Of a stretch of 64,000 bases of DNA, positions 21,406 to 32,681 are shown piece after piece. The notes under the pieces are model-generated. The model was not told the origin of the DNA and made no database searches. It saw only the letters and a list, made by a program, of their open reading frames with translations. The first letter of the stretch is position 1, and each line of letters opens with the position of its first letter. This DNA comes from Tubiluchus corallicola (lineage: Eukaryota > Animalia > Priapulida), in the NCBI GenBank assembly GCA_030141605.1, contig JAQGDQ010002369.1, positions 620,001 through 684,000 on the forward strand, in the 5' to 3' direction. A program made the translations under genes and the position numbers.

Positions 21406-22478
21406 TCCGTTTGCAAGTTTTCAAGCATACCGAGAAAATGTTTGGAGGTGCCCTTATACGTAATTTCTTTCGTGAGGGACTGGCCTATTCCGGCTTTTCC
21501 TAAAATAAACTGGTAAGGGAGTTCGCATACATCTTTGTGGGAGATTTGGATGGTGATTTGATCGGGAAGCTGTTTATTGCGGAAGAAGTGGTATTCATCA
21601 CTTTCAGTGTTGATGATTTTTACAGAAAGAAGCCTGCCGGGAAAAATGTCAGGGACCTGGTCTGAGTTGATGCGGATCGATGCCTCACCCATTTCTGAGC
21701 TGTATTTGTATTCGATGGAGTTATTTTCCCTTTTCATGCTTTGCATTTTCCAGCCGAGTCGTGATGCAAGCCATGATTGAAGGAAAATGGCCTGTATTTG
21801 CAGATGGCAGAAAAATTCTGTCTCGTGGGAGTTGTAGGTGATTTCGATCTCTTTTGTTTTCTGGAGTTTTTCCAGGTTTTGGGGAGAGTGGAAATGAGCA
21901 GCGATAAGGTCGCGCCATCCTTCCATCCTGGCCCAGTTCAGATCAGCGATATCTGATTTTTCACTATGGGAATAGGAGAGTATCTTCTTGGAAAAAGAGC
22001 TGAGGTCTTCAGAGGCTTCCGAATCAAAAATAATCCGAGTGGCCAATTTCTGAAGTTTCTCGAAGAGGGGATTGTCAAAGCATGGATCTTCTGCCCAAAG
22101 GAGATAAACGGGTAGGTCAGGCAGGATATGAGGCAGGATGATAAAAGGAACCCGCTCATAATCTTTTCCCGCCATGGCGATGTCGATATTATCACAGGCT
22201 ACTTGGCTCTCTCCACTCTCCGGCATAACAACGGAAACGGAAGTATTCATGTATTCTTTTTCCCGATCCGGGTCTGCTGAAATAAAAATGATTCGGCAGG
22301 GAAACTTCTCAATGACCTTTTGGACGATTTTTCGGAAATAATCGACTCGTGGAGAGAGTTTCGTGTATACGATGAGATTGAAGAGACTCGCTCTCGTTTT
22401 ATTGACTTCGGAGAGCTTTTCCCAAATCTTCATCAGCTCAGATTCGATCAAGGCAGGTTTTACAGTCTGTTGTGTCAT
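21396..22478 (-). CDS. opcA: Glucose-6-phosphate dehydrogenase assembly protein
   Basis: FPCRIIFI, PDLPVYLLW, IADLNWAR; lies between zwf and pgl. Confidence 0.88.
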   Translation of the reverse strand: MTQQTVKPALIESELMKIWEKLSEVNKTRASLFNLIVYTKLSPRVDYFRKIVQKVIEKFPCRIIFISADPDREKEYMNTSVSVVMPESGESQVACDNIDIAMAGKDYERVPFIILPHILPDLPVYLLWAEDPCFDNPLFEKLQKLATRIIFDSEASEDLSSFSKKILSYSHSEKSDIADLNWARMEGWRDLIAAHFHSPQNLEKLQKTKEIEITYNSHETEFFCHLQIQAIFLQSWLASRLGWKMQSMKRENNSIEYKYSSEMGEASIRINSDQVPDIFPGRLLSVKIINTESDEYHFFRNKQLPDQITIQISHKDVCELPYQFILGKAGIGQSLTKEITYKGTSKHFLGMLENLQTECK

Positions 22479-22496
22479 ATGTTCACTAGGATTATT

Positions 22497-24035
22497 TTAT
22501 ATTAGACGCCAGGTTCTTCCTTCTTTGCCAATCATTTCATCGGCAGCTTTGGGACCCCAGGTGCCAGCTTCGTAATTAGGAAAATCATTTGGTTTATTTT
22601 TGGCCCACTCCTCTAACACAGGAGTAAGAATACGCCATGAGTTGGCGACTTCATCAGAGCGGGCAAAGAGAGTACTGTCTCCGAGGATGCAATCCCAAAT
22701 CAGCCTTTCATAGGCCTCAGGAGGGCTTTGGCCAAAATAAGAGCCGTATCGGAAATCCATTTTCACAGGTTGTATCGGACTGTGAGGTCCGGGTACTTTA
22801 CAGTTGATTTTCATGGAAATTCCTTCATCCGGCTGGATTCGGATTGCGAGGACATTGGGTTCGTTTTTCTTTCCCATGTGTTGGAAAAGAACCCCGGGAG
22901 CATCTTTGAAAGTAATGGCAATTTCAGTGGCTTTTTTCGGAAGACGTTTGCCTCCTCTCAAGTAGAAAGGAACGCCATTCCAGCGCCAGTTGTCAATATA
23001 TAGTCTTAGAGCGACGAAGGTATCGATGATAGAATCAGGAGAAACGTCTTTTTCCTCCCGATATCCAACGACGCTTTCACCGTTGATGTAGCCAGGTCCA
23101 TATTGACCGCGGACTACTTGCTGGACGAGATCATCCTCAGTAAGTACACGGACTGATTGCAGCACTTTCACTTTTTCATCGCGAACGGAATCGGCAGAAA
23201 GGCTTCCCGGCGGCTCCATGGAAACGAGCGTTAATAGCTGCATCATGTGGTTTTGCAGGATATCGCGCATCAAACCTTCTTCTTCATAGAAGTGCCCGCG
23301 GGTTCCGATTCCTAAATCTTCAGCCACTGTAATCTGGACATGGTCAATGTGCTTGTAATTCCAAACGGACTCGAAAATAGCATTTGCAAAACGGAACACC
23401 ATGAGGTTTTGCACGGTTTCTTTCCCGAGGTAGTGATCGATGCGGTAGGTCTGTTTTTCGTGGAGAAACTTTTGGATATAATTTTGAAGCTCATTCGCTG
23501 AGTTCAAATCCCTTCCAAATGGCTTTTCAATGATCACGCGGGACCATTTGTCTTTGGTGGAATTGAAATCATAGATGAGTTCGTGCTGCTTTAATTTTTC
23601 GATGATTTTTGGGAAGAATTTCGGCTGAACCGAAAGGTAGTAGACTCTGTTTCCCTTGGTTCCAAATTTTGAGTCGATCTCTGCAAGGGCTTTGTGAAGA
23701 GCTTCATAGCCTTCATCATTGTCAAATTCGCTTTTGTGGTAGAAAAACTGCTGTTCGAAATTTTTCCAAAACCCTTCGTCGAGAGGTTTTGTTCGGGAGT
23801 GCTTGCTGATCGCATCTTTCATTTCTTGGCGAAAGACTTCATTCGTCTTGTCTCTTCTGGCAAATCCTACGCAGGCAAAGTTAGGAGGAGGAAGTCCTTC
23901 TTTTCCCAAATTGTAAATAGCAGGAACCAGTTTTCTCGAAGTTAAATCGCCTGTTGCTCCAAATATGACAAGAATACATGGATCAATGGTTCGAGTTGAC
24001 CGGCCGGTTTCTTCCAATGGATGCGTCTCTTTCAT
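22497..24035 (-). CDS. zwf: Glucose-6-phosphate 1-dehydrogenase
   Basis: GATGDL, EKPFG, RIDHYLGKE. Confidence 0.97.
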   Translation of the reverse strand: MKETHPLEETGRSTRTIDPCILVIFGATGDLTSRKLVPAIYNLGKEGLPPPNFACVGFARRDKTNEVFRQEMKDAISKHSRTKPLDEGFWKNFEQQFFYHKSEFDNDEGYEALHKALAEIDSKFGTKGNRVYYLSVQPKFFPKIIEKLKQHELIYDFNSTKDKWSRVIIEKPFGRDLNSANELQNYIQKFLHEKQTYRIDHYLGKETVQNLMVFRFANAIFESVWNYKHIDHVQITVAEDLGIGTRGHFYEEEGLMRDILQNHMMQLLTLVSMEPPGSLSADSVRDEKVKVLQSVRVLTEDDLVQQVVRGQYGPGYINGESVVGYREEKDVSPDSIIDTFVALRLYIDNWRWNGVPFYLRGGKRLPKKATEIAITFKDAPGVLFQHMGKKNEPNVLAIRIQPDEGISMKINCKVPGPHSPIQPVKMDFRYGSYFGQSPPEAYERLIWDCILGDSTLFARSDEVANSWRILTPVLEEWAKNKPNDFPNYEAGTWGPKAADEMIGKEGRTWRLI

Positions 24036-24118
24036 GAAAATCTCTTAAGAAATGTATTTAAGTTAATCATACTTAATAGCGAATCAAATCTTTTTTGAGT
24101 AGTTCCTTTTCATTACAC

Positions 24119-24565
24119 TTATTCTTGAACAGGAGGGATGCTAAATTGTTGGCAATCGAGATAATTCTGCAGGAGCAAAGTGGCCGTAGCTTCGTCGAGA
24201 ATACGGCTTCTTTTTTTTCGGGACAGATGGACTTCTTTTAGAGATGCCGTCGCATGGGCACTGGAGAGTCTTTCATCCCATAATGTGAAAGGAATGTTCG
24301 TCTTCTCTTTCAAAAGGTCGGCAAATTTTTTCACGAGGAGGGCCATGTTCCCTTCTTTCCCTGTGAGAAGAAGAGGGAGTCCGATGACAATATGTTCGAT
24401 CTCTTTTAGGTGGTCTTTTAGAGCATCTAAAACACTCGATACTGAGAAATTCAAATCGTCTTTGGCGTTTGCAGTTTTAAAAGGCATGGCGAGGGTTTGA
24501 TTGGGATCTGTGATGGCAATCCCTATTCTTCTTTTCCCAAAATCGATTCCTGCAATTCTACCCAC
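24119..24565 (-). CDS. ruvX: Holliday junction resolvase-like / pre-16S rRNA nuclease YqgF
   Basis: GIDFGKRRIGIA, VIGLP, WDERLSS. Confidence 0.92.
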   Translation of the reverse strand: MGRIAGIDFGKRRIGIAITDPNQTLAMPFKTANAKDDLNFSVSSVLDALKDHLKEIEHIVIGLPLLLTGKEGNMALLVKKFADLLKEKTNIPFTLWDERLSSAHATASLKEVHLSRKKRSRILDEATATLLLQNYLDCQQFSIPPVQE

Positions 24566-26171
24566 GTTTTTTCCTCGCTAGTTGTGCGATGAAATCCCTA
24601 AAGAGGGGGTGGGGATCTAACGGCTTTGATTTGAATTCTGGATGGAATTGGACACCAAGCATCCATGGGTGATTTGTAATTTCTGAAATTTCACAGAGGG
24701 AGCCTTTTTTCAGTGTCCCGGAAAAAACCATTCCCTTTTTCTCAAACCGCTCTTTATAGGCGTTGTTGAATTCATAACGATGCCGATGCCTCTCTGAGAT
24801 GAGTTTTTTCTTATAAGCCTTGTATGCAAGGGTCTTGTCTTTGACTTCGCAAGGATAAGCGCCTAATCGCATTGTTCCACCTAGATTCTCTACATTTTTC
24901 TGTTCAGTCAACAGAGAGATGACAGGGTGGGGAGTATCGGGGTTTACTTCAGTGGAGTGGGCTTCTTTTAATCCAAGTACATTACGTGCAAATTCAATCA
25001 CAAGAATTTGCATGCCGAGACAAAGACCGAAATAAGGAATTTTTTTCTCACGGCAGTATTTGGCCGTCAGGACTTTTCCTTCCCAACCTCTCTCTCCAAA
25101 TCCACCGGGAACAAGGTATCCGTCACAGCCCTTAATCGCATGGGCTACTGAACCGTTTTTCACAATCTGGTCCGATTCAAATCGTTTTATTTCCAACTCG
25201 ACGTTAGCGGCAATTGCTCCGTGCTGCAGTGATTCGAAAACAGATTTGTAGGCATCTTGATGGTCCATATATTTTCCTACAATGCCCACGCATACCTTCT
25301 TTCTGGGCTTCAGAATATGTTGGACCATTTTTTTCCATTCGACCAGGTCGGTCTTCGAAGTCTTAAGATCGAGAAATTCCACAATGATTTTATCGAGACG
25401 TTCTTTTTTCAGCTCTAAGGGAACTTCATAAATGGAATGCTCTACATCTTCTTCGGCAATGACTGCATCTTTTGCGACATTACAAAACAGGGAGATCTTT
25501 TCCCGTATCTCTTTGTTCAATGGTTTTTCTGAACGGCAGATGATTACATCGGGAATGATCCCGATTTCTCTGAGGATCTGTACAGAATGCTGCGTCGGTT
25601 TTGTCTTGATCTCTCCAGCGGCCTTCAAATAGGGAATATAAGTCAAATGGATATTGATGCAATCGTCCCTTCTTTCATTGCGGAACTGCCGGATTGCCTC
25701 TAGGAACGGAAGAGACTCTATATCTCCGACTGTTCCTCCGATTTCGACCAAAACGACCTTGATTCCTTTTTCCTGTTTGGAACATTCCAGGATCCGTCGT
25801 TTGATTTCATCGGTAACATGTGGAATGACCTGCACGGTCTTTCCGAGGTAGCCGCCTTTTCTTTCGCGTCGGATGACTGTATCGTAAATCTGGCCCGATG
25901 TGGCGTTGGAAAGAGCGGATAGGGGGGAGTTCGTATAACGGTAGTAATGGCCCAAGTCCAGATCGGTCTCTGCTCCATCGTCTGTGACATAGACCTCTCC
26001 GTGCTGAAAAGGGTTCATGGTACCGGGATCAACATTGAGGTAGGGATCGAGTTTTATCATAGCGACCTTGATCCCGCGACCTTCCAAAAGCTTTCCAATG
26101 GAAGCCGAGGTCAAGCCTTTGCCTAAAGAGGAAAGGACTCCTCCGGTAATAAAAATGTACTTCACAGGCAT
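24558..26171 (-). CDS. pyrG: CTP synthase
   Basis: GGVLSSLGKG, DPYLNVDPGTM, GLCLGMQ, QFHPE. Confidence 0.97.
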   Translation of the reverse strand: MPVKYIFITGGVLSSLGKGLTSASIGKLLEGRGIKVAMIKLDPYLNVDPGTMNPFQHGEVYVTDDGAETDLDLGHYYRYTNSPLSALSNATSGQIYDTVIRRERKGGYLGKTVQVIPHVTDEIKRRILECSKQEKGIKVVLVEIGGTVGDIESLPFLEAIRQFRNERRDDCINIHLTYIPYLKAAGEIKTKPTQHSVQILREIGIIPDVIICRSEKPLNKEIREKISLFCNVAKDAVIAEEDVEHSIYEVPLELKKERLDKIIVEFLDLKTSKTDLVEWKKMVQHILKPRKKVCVGIVGKYMDHQDAYKSVFESLQHGAIAANVELEIKRFESDQIVKNGSVAHAIKGCDGYLVPGGFGERGWEGKVLTAKYCREKKIPYFGLCLGMQILVIEFARNVLGLKEAHSTEVNPDTPHPVISLLTEQKNVENLGGTMRLGAYPCEVKDKTLAYKAYKKKLISERHRHRYEFNNAYKERFEKKGMVFSGTLKKGSLCEISEITNHPWMLGVQFHPEFKSKPLDPHPLFRDFIAQLARKKRG

Positions 26172-26902
26172 GCGAGATATTCCTCTATTTCATTCACATC
26201 TTCCGGTGTGTCGACACTCAGGGGCACATCTTCGACAACAGCGATTTTGATCTTGCACCTTGCTTCCAAAGGGCGCATTTGCTCCAAATCTTCCGCTTTT
26301 TCCAGTTCGCTTACAGGAAGTTCTTTCAGTTTGAGAAGAAATTCCTTTCGATAACAGTAGACACCTAAATGATGGTAGTAAGTCTGTCTTCGGCAGGGGA
26401 TCGGTGCTCTGCTGAAATACATGGCTGTGTTCTCATGGTCGAATGTGCATTTCACAACATGGGAAGAAGCAATTTTGCGCTCATCGGTCAATAAAACGGC
26501 AGCAGTGGCCATGACGGCTTCCTTATCTTTTTGCATCCATTCAATCATTGCGTGAATCGTTCTAGGAGAAGTGAAAGGGTGGTCCCCCTGGAAATTAACG
26601 ATCAGGTCTGTGGCGCGGAGTTCTTTATTCTTTTCCATCGCTTCAATGATCCTTGCCGTTCCGTTAACGCAGGAAGGAGAAGTCATGAACCAGGGAGCTT
26701 TCAATCGGTCAGCCAAACTGGAAATCCTCTCATCATCGGTTGCAATATAAATTTGATCCAAGGACTTACATTTCAATGAGTTGATATAAGTGTGTTCGAG
26801 GAGGGCTTTTCCAGAGATCGGTGCGAGGAGTTTTCCGGGAAAGCGGGTGCTCTGGTAGCGAGCAGGAATAATCCCTATTATTCTTTCTTTGAACTTCTGC
26901 AT
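26162..26902 (-). CDS. kdsB: CMP-KDO synthetase
   Basis: IIPARYQSTRFPGK, NFQGD, EDLEQMR, SVDTPED. Confidence 0.95.
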   Translation of the reverse strand: MQKFKERIIGIIPARYQSTRFPGKLLAPISGKALLEHTYINSLKCKSLDQIYIATDDERISSLADRLKAPWFMTSPSCVNGTARIIEAMEKNKELRATDLIVNFQGDHPFTSPRTIHAMIEWMQKDKEAVMATAAVLLTDERKIASSHVVKCTFDHENTAMYFSRAPIPCRRQTYYHHLGVYCYRKEFLLKLKELPVSELEKAEDLEQMRPLEARCKIKIAVVEDVPLSVDTPEDVNEIEEYLACL

Positions 26903-27049
26903 AGAGAAATTTTATCTACCTGGAAGGATAAAATCAAGGATCTATCTTGCTCCCCTGGGGAACGGTCTTCAAGGAACAGAATTTTCTTCCCTTTGGGAAT
27001 CTTACCAACTAAAATGGACGGCTAAAAAAAGTATAATAACGGTTAATCT

Positions 27050-28429
27050 ATGTCTATTAGTGTTTTTGATGTGTTCTCAATTGGAATCGGACCTTCCAGC
27101 TCTCATACCGTTGGACCGATGAAAGCGGCAAATTCTTTTTTAACCGAGTTGGAAAAGAAAGACGTCTTGGATAAATTTTCTACTTTGCAAGTGGAGTTGT
27201 TCGGCTCCCTGGCAATGACCGGAGAAGGTCATGGAACGGATAAAGCGATTATTCTAGGCCTTGATGGTCATAAGCCGGAGACTGTCGATCCTCAAATCGT
27301 CGAAGATCGAGTTCATGAAATTTATGAAGAGAAAAAACTGAACATTCTCGATAAAAAGTGGATCGATTTCAACCCGGAAAGAGATCTTATTTTTCTGAAA
27401 GGAAAGAGGCTTCCTTTCCACTCCAATGCAATCCGGATGCGCGTTTACAATGAGGAAGGAGACCGAGTTTATTCTCAAATTTATTATTCTGTGGGCGGCG
27501 GTTTTGTCATCGATCAAATCAGTGCGCTGAAAACCCTTACCGATGCTCCGAAACATAAAGTACCCCATCTTTTCCGTACTGCAGCTGAACTACTGGAACT
27601 GACCGAAAAATATGACATGAAAATCTGGGAACTTATGTTGGAAAATGAGAAGACCTGGAGAACAGAAGAGGAAATCCGTGATGGGATATTGAATATCTGG
27701 AATGTGATGGAAGAGTCGGTCAATCGAGGATGCATGGCCGAAGGAGTATTGCCTGGCGGACTGAAAGTGAAGAGAAGAGCGAAAAAACTTTACGAGACTC
27801 TTTTAAATTCTCCCAATGATCCTACTTTAGTGATGGAGTGGGTCAGTCTTTATGCTCTGGCCGTCAATGAAGAAAATGCAGCTGGGGGAAGGATCGTTAC
27901 CTCTCCGACGAATGGAGCAGCAGGTGTTATCCCTGCTGTATTGCATTACTGTGCAAAATATTGCGACTCCTTTAATGAACAGGATATTGTGAAGTTTTTT
28001 CTAACTGCCGGAGCCATTTGCCTTCTCTATAAAGAAGGAGCTTCTATCTCTGCTGCTGAAATGGGATGCCAGGGAGAAGTGGGGGTCGCCTGTTCAATAG
28101 CAGCAGCTGGGCTTTGCGAGATTTTGGGTGGAACCAACGAGCAAATTGAGAACGCTGCAGAAATCGGCATGGAGCATCATCTGGGACTTACCTGCGACCC
28201 CATTGCAGGTCTTGTGCAAATCCCATGCATCGAAAGAAACACAATGGGAGCGATCAAAGCGATCAATGCAGCAAAACTTGCCATTCAAGGTGATGGAGAA
28301 CATCATGTTTCTTTGGATGATGTGATTCGTGCCATGAAGCAAACAGGTGAGGAAATGAAATCGATATTTAAAGAGACTTCAGAAGGGGGCCTTGCTGCCC
28401 AGATTTCAGTGAGTCATGCCTCTTGTTAA
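27050..28429 (+). CDS. sdaA: L-serine ammonia-lyase (Fe-S)
   Basis: [40 protein letters not shown]. Confidence 0.96.
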   Translation: MSISVFDVFSIGIGPSSSHTVGPMKAANSFLTELEKKDVLDKFSTLQVELFGSLAMTGEGHGTDKAIILGLDGHKPETVDPQIVEDRVHEIYEEKKLNILDKKWIDFNPERDLIFLKGKRLPFHSNAIRMRVYNEEGDRVYSQIYYSVGGGFVIDQISALKTLTDAPKHKVPHLFRTAAELLELTEKYDMKIWELMLENEKTWRTEEEIRDGILNIWNVMEESVNRGCMAEGVLPGGLKVKRRAKKLYETLLNSPNDPTLVMEWVSLYALAVNEENAAGGRIVTSPTNGAAGVIPAVLHYCAKYCDSFNEQDIVKFFLTAGAICLLYKEGASISAAEMGCQGEVGVACSIAAAGLCEILGGTNEQIENAAEIGMEHHLGLTCDPIAGLVQIPCIERNTMGAIKAINAAKLAIQGDGEHHVSLDDVIRAMKQTGEEMKSIFKETSEGGLAAQISVSHASC

Positions 28430-28495
28430 GGTTTCAATAAATCTTTGAATCCGTACACTAAGGGTGTCGTCAAATTCAGGTTTCAAGGGGTAATA

Positions 28496-30133
28496 ATGAG
28501 TGAAAGAACACCGCTACAGCAACAACGGATCGACTACGAACCCCCTTTGCCTCCCATTTTTCACGACTTGAAGAATCTCTCCTTTCAAAAAGGCGGAGAC
28601 ACAGAAGCTGTTTCCGATATCGATGAATTGAAGGAGCTTTTCCCAAAAAGCTTTGGAAGACCTCTTGTGAAGATCGAACAGGGAAAAGGGATTGCTGCAA
28701 ACTCTCTCAAAGTAGGCGTTGTTTTTTCTGGCGGACAAGCTTCTGGCGGACACAATGTAATCACAGGGCTTTTCGATGCTCTGCAAACCTTGAATTCTAA
28801 AGGCGAACTGATTGGATTTCTAGGTGGTCCCAGCGGAATTGTCGATAACAAACACATCTTATTGGATGCAAAAAAACTGGAAGGATATCGAAATCAGGGC
28901 GGGTTCGATTTGATCGCATCGGGACGTACCAAAATTGAATCTGACGAACAGCTTGAAAAATCAGCGCTGACAGTAAAAACACTCAATCTCGATGGCCTGG
29001 TGATCATTGGTGGAGACGATTCCAATACGAATGCTGCTGTCCTTGCTGAGTATTTCATACAGAACGACATCACTACTTCAGTTGTCGGCGTACCGAAAAC
29101 CATCGATGGCGATCTCCGCAATGAATTCGTAGAGATTTCTTTCGGATTTGACACAGCATGCAGAACGTATTCTGAAATGATCGGGAACATCGAACGGGAT
29201 GCTCTATCTGCCCAAAAGTACTATCATTTCATCAAACTCATGGGGCGTTCTGCTTCCCATATCGCATTAGAATGCGCTCTTCAAACCCATCCTAATCTCA
29301 CTTTGATTGGGGAAGAAGTTGCCGAAAAAAAGAAGACCATTTCCCAGATCACCAATGAGATAACCGATCTCATCTGTGATCGATCCAAAAAAGGAAAAGA
29401 TTATGGCGTGATCCTGATTCCAGAAGGGTTAATCGAGTTCATTCCCGAGATGAAAGCGCTCATTGCAAAACTGAATTCTCTACTTGCAGAAGGTGCCTCA
29501 GAGTTTGAGGCCATCAATGCGACCGAAAAAACAGAAGAAAAAATCACTCATGTTCTTTCGTTTTTAGCTGAAGAGCAGAAAAAGACCTTTTCTTCCCTTC
29601 CCGAAAAGATTCAAGAGCAGCTGCTTTTGGATCGAGATCCTCATGGCAATGTCCAGGTCTCCAAAATCGAAACGGAAAAACTTTTTCTCGATACCGTGAA
29701 AAAAGAGCTAAAAAACCGAGCGGATTACAAGGGAAAGTTTAGTACTGTGCAACACTTTTTCGGCTACGAGGGGAGGTCTGCTTTGCCTTCAAACTTTGAT
29801 GCTCATTATTGCTACAGTTTAGGCCATGTCGCCGCCCTGCTGCTCGACGGAGATTTTACGGGATACATGTGCTGCATCCGGAACCTTACCCAGTCCGTGG
29901 AAAAATGGGAGGCCATGGGCCTTCCCATCACGATGCTCATGAACCTAGAGACGCGCCATGGAAAGAAAAAGCCTGTGATCAAAAAGGCCCTTGTAGATCT
30001 CGAAGGTAAATCATTTCTTGAACTTCAAAAAAAATCTAGTCACTGGAGGCTCGATGATGACTACCGGTATCCAGGCCCTATCCAGTTTTCTAACGAAAAA
30101 ATTGGACTTCATCCCTTTATTCTTAATAATTAA
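28496..30133 (+). CDS. pfp: Pyrophosphate-dependent phosphofructokinase
   Basis: SGGQASGGHNV, GGDDSNTNA, PKTIDGD, MGRSASH; likely ATG at 28496. Confidence 0.95.
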   Translation: MSERTPLQQQRIDYEPPLPPIFHDLKNLSFQKGGDTEAVSDIDELKELFPKSFGRPLVKIEQGKGIAANSLKVGVVFSGGQASGGHNVITGLFDALQTLNSKGELIGFLGGPSGIVDNKHILLDAKKLEGYRNQGGFDLIASGRTKIESDEQLEKSALTVKTLNLDGLVIIGGDDSNTNAAVLAEYFIQNDITTSVVGVPKTIDGDLRNEFVEISFGFDTACRTYSEMIGNIERDALSAQKYYHFIKLMGRSASHIALECALQTHPNLTLIGEEVAEKKKTISQITNEITDLICDRSKKGKDYGVILIPEGLIEFIPEMKALIAKLNSLLAEGASEFEAINATEKTEEKITHVLSFLAEEQKKTFSSLPEKIQEQLLLDRDPHGNVQVSKIETEKLFLDTVKKELKNRADYKGKFSTVQHFFGYEGRSALPSNFDAHYCYSLGHVAALLLDGDFTGYMCCIRNLTQSVEKWEAMGLPITMLMNLETRHGKKKPVIKKALVDLEGKSFLELQKKSSHWRLDDDYRYPGPIQFSNEKIGLHPFILNN

Positions 30134-30225
30134 ATTTTTAATTAAATAAACATTTTATTTTAGGTTCTTTTTAATATCAATCTTTTCTGTTATAATAGCG
30201 CTTTAATATAGGAGCAGAGCTTAAA

Positions 30226-31590
30226 ATGTCACTTAGAGCAGGATTTAATGAAACAGTATCCGGATCCCTTTATGTCGATCCCCGGAAATCGGATCTATGG
30301 CAGTCTGATCGCAAAGGAAAAGGACGGGACGAAAAAGTCGATTATAAAGTGCAATCTTTAGTACCGAGTTTGCTAGGGAGCGCCCCCGTTCGCATGGAAC
30401 CTGTTAGTGATCAGCCCGCAGCTGCCATCAGACCTCATCCGATCACATCCCTTATTCTTAGAAATAACCCTATTGGCCTGGGAAATAGTGGAAATAACTG
30501 CTGGCTCAACACTTTATTACAGACTGTAGTTTTAACGACGCCTGAGGTGATGGATTGGATCATGGATGTTGATCTGCCTCTGACTGATGAAGATTTTGAT
30601 ACTGATGTTCGAGCATATAGAGAAGTTTTCGAAACCCCTATTCCAGGTGGGCTTGAAACAGAAGCTAGAAGGGAATTAATACGAATAAAAGATCAGACTA
30701 AACAAAACTATATCCGGATGCACCTCAAACAGTTCCTTTTTTCCTATTACGAACACCAGGTACTCGGAACAGCGGTTCCACAAGAACAAATTCAGACTTT
30801 GAGAGCTGCGCTCAGCAATTTATCCAATCAGATCAGACCAAGTGCTGCTTTTCAGGAGGACTCTACGGAAGGATTGAATACATTGATGAACATTCTGCCG
30901 GAAGACTCTCCCTTATATACTGCCATGACGACGACTTTGACTTTGGATGCTCGCACGCATCCACTTCCACTGGGCCATTCAGATACAAGTGTGGTGAGAA
31001 GTGAAGAATGGGGAAACGTTGCTTTGCCTTTAGGTCGTGAGAGAAACTTTACGAGATTAGTCTCAAGGTTTGTATCAAGCAGAAATCCAGAGCATGCAGG
31101 AATGGACCTTGTTGGAAGAGATGGAGTTGAGCATCGTTATCAACCATCTCATGAAAAAAGGCAGTTTACTAGTCCTCCACCTTTCCTTTTCGTCCAACTC
31201 AAAAGATTTGAATATAGAACCCGGAATGTTGAAAGGACTGTCGGAGGATTTTTTGGTTTTGGCGGAAAAAAACAGATTGTTCAGGAACTTTATCAGGTAA
31301 AAATTAGAGATTCTATTCCTGTTTCTAGAGAAATTCACTTCTCCCGTACTTTTATGGGCGGCACACCTGCAGGTAGATTAGCGAGATATCGCATCAATTC
31401 CATTTGCGTCCATGAGGGGGTAACTCTATCCTCAGGACATTACTGGTCATTAGTCCGAAGAGGGACAGACTGGTGGTATGTCAGTGATTCCACATCAAGA
31501 AAAGCTACCGAAAGAGAAATAGAGAAGGCCTTCAGTGAAGGGTACAACTATCAGTTCAAGTTCATGGGCTCCATTCCAGATCGTGGCTGA
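30226..31590 (+). CDS. Eukaryotic-like ubiquitin-specific protease (USP, peptidase C19), putative effector
   Basis: Cys box GLGNSGNNCWLNTLLQ, QEDSTE box, PPFLFVQLKRF, His box HEGVTLSSGHY, WWYVSDS. Confidence 0.9.
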   Translation: MSLRAGFNETVSGSLYVDPRKSDLWQSDRKGKGRDEKVDYKVQSLVPSLLGSAPVRMEPVSDQPAAAIRPHPITSLILRNNPIGLGNSGNNCWLNTLLQTVVLTTPEVMDWIMDVDLPLTDEDFDTDVRAYREVFETPIPGGLETEARRELIRIKDQTKQNYIRMHLKQFLFSYYEHQVLGTAVPQEQIQTLRAALSNLSNQIRPSAAFQEDSTEGLNTLMNILPEDSPLYTAMTTTLTLDARTHPLPLGHSDTSVVRSEEWGNVALPLGRERNFTRLVSRFVSSRNPEHAGMDLVGRDGVEHRYQPSHEKRQFTSPPPFLFVQLKRFEYRTRNVERTVGGFFGFGGKKQIVQELYQVKIRDSIPVSREIHFSRTFMGGTPAGRLARYRINSICVHEGVTLSSGHYWSLVRRGTDWWYVSDSTSRKATEREIEKAFSEGYNYQFKFMGSIPDRG

Positions 31591-32560
31591 TCTTCCACCA
31601 ATTCGATTTCTTTCCATTTTCCACTTTTGTATCTGGCCCAATAGATAAGCCACAAAAGTAAGCTAAATCCGGCGGCGAATGTCCAGGCGGTTTCCACAGA
31701 CAGTTGAAATTTCACCACAATGAAATAGATCGGTGCTAAAAGGAAAAGCCAGATCGAAAGGGATCCTGCAATTAACAGGAAGAGAGTATCTCCTGCCGCA
31801 ACAAGTATTCCTGAAAAAGTCCATCGAAACCCTTCAAAAGTCAGATAGGCAAAGACGCATAAGAGGCAAAACCAGAGAGAGGGACCCAAAGAAAGCCTTT
31901 CTGTCTCGCCTAGAAAGAACTGCAAACTGAAATCGGTAAAGACCAGAAGTAGGGGCGCGATAATCAGTGAGAAAATGACCTGGAGAAGGATCCCGGACCT
32001 CAGAACTTTATGAATGAAATGGTACTTTTTGGCCCCGATCATATTTCCAGCGATGGCGGCAACACCCTGGTTTTGCCTCTTCCGACATAAAACCCGCCGA
32101 TCGCAGTCACGAGAGCAAATCCTGGCCCGAAGAACATGAGCCACTGAAAGTACTCGATCGACATATGGGCATAGATAGTCCCGCCAAAGATAAGAGGAGC
32201 ACCCCATACGGCAAAGGGAATGAAGAAAACAAAAGAAAAGAGGGCTAGCCATATCATCTGCCAGACGGGAGTGCCGATCTTCTCGAAATTCTGTGCTCCA
32301 TTATATTGGGCAACGAAGACCTCGCTCATGGCTGTGATCATGCCGAATGCTCCCATGAACGCCCAGGCTAGAGTGGCGGCAGAAGCGGATGCATTCAAGG
32401 TGTTCGTAGAATAGCTGGCCAAAAAGCAGCGATCCACAAAAATCATGAAAAGCGACGCCAGAGAAGTGATCATCAAGGGAAGAGAAATATGAAAAAGTTC
32501 CCTTAGGCTCCCTTCTTTGTATCGAGTCAGAGTGTGAGTGGAATTTTGTTCGGGATTCAT
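31551..32560 (-). pseudogene. MATE efflux transporter with an internal deletion and frameshift
   Basis: The N-half (ELFHISLP..FVAQYNGA..GRGKT) is joined out of frame directly to the C-half (GVAAIAGNMIGA..GILVAAGDT); much shorter than a full MATE. Confidence 0.75.
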
Positions 32561-32681
32561 AGGAATTCCGGAGGATATGTTACCATCCGATCCTTAAAAA
32601 GGGGAGGAAAATAGTTGTATTATTTCTTTTTACTTTCTATTGAGAAAAAAGAGAAGGGAAACGCCCTTCAAGGGAAGAAAG

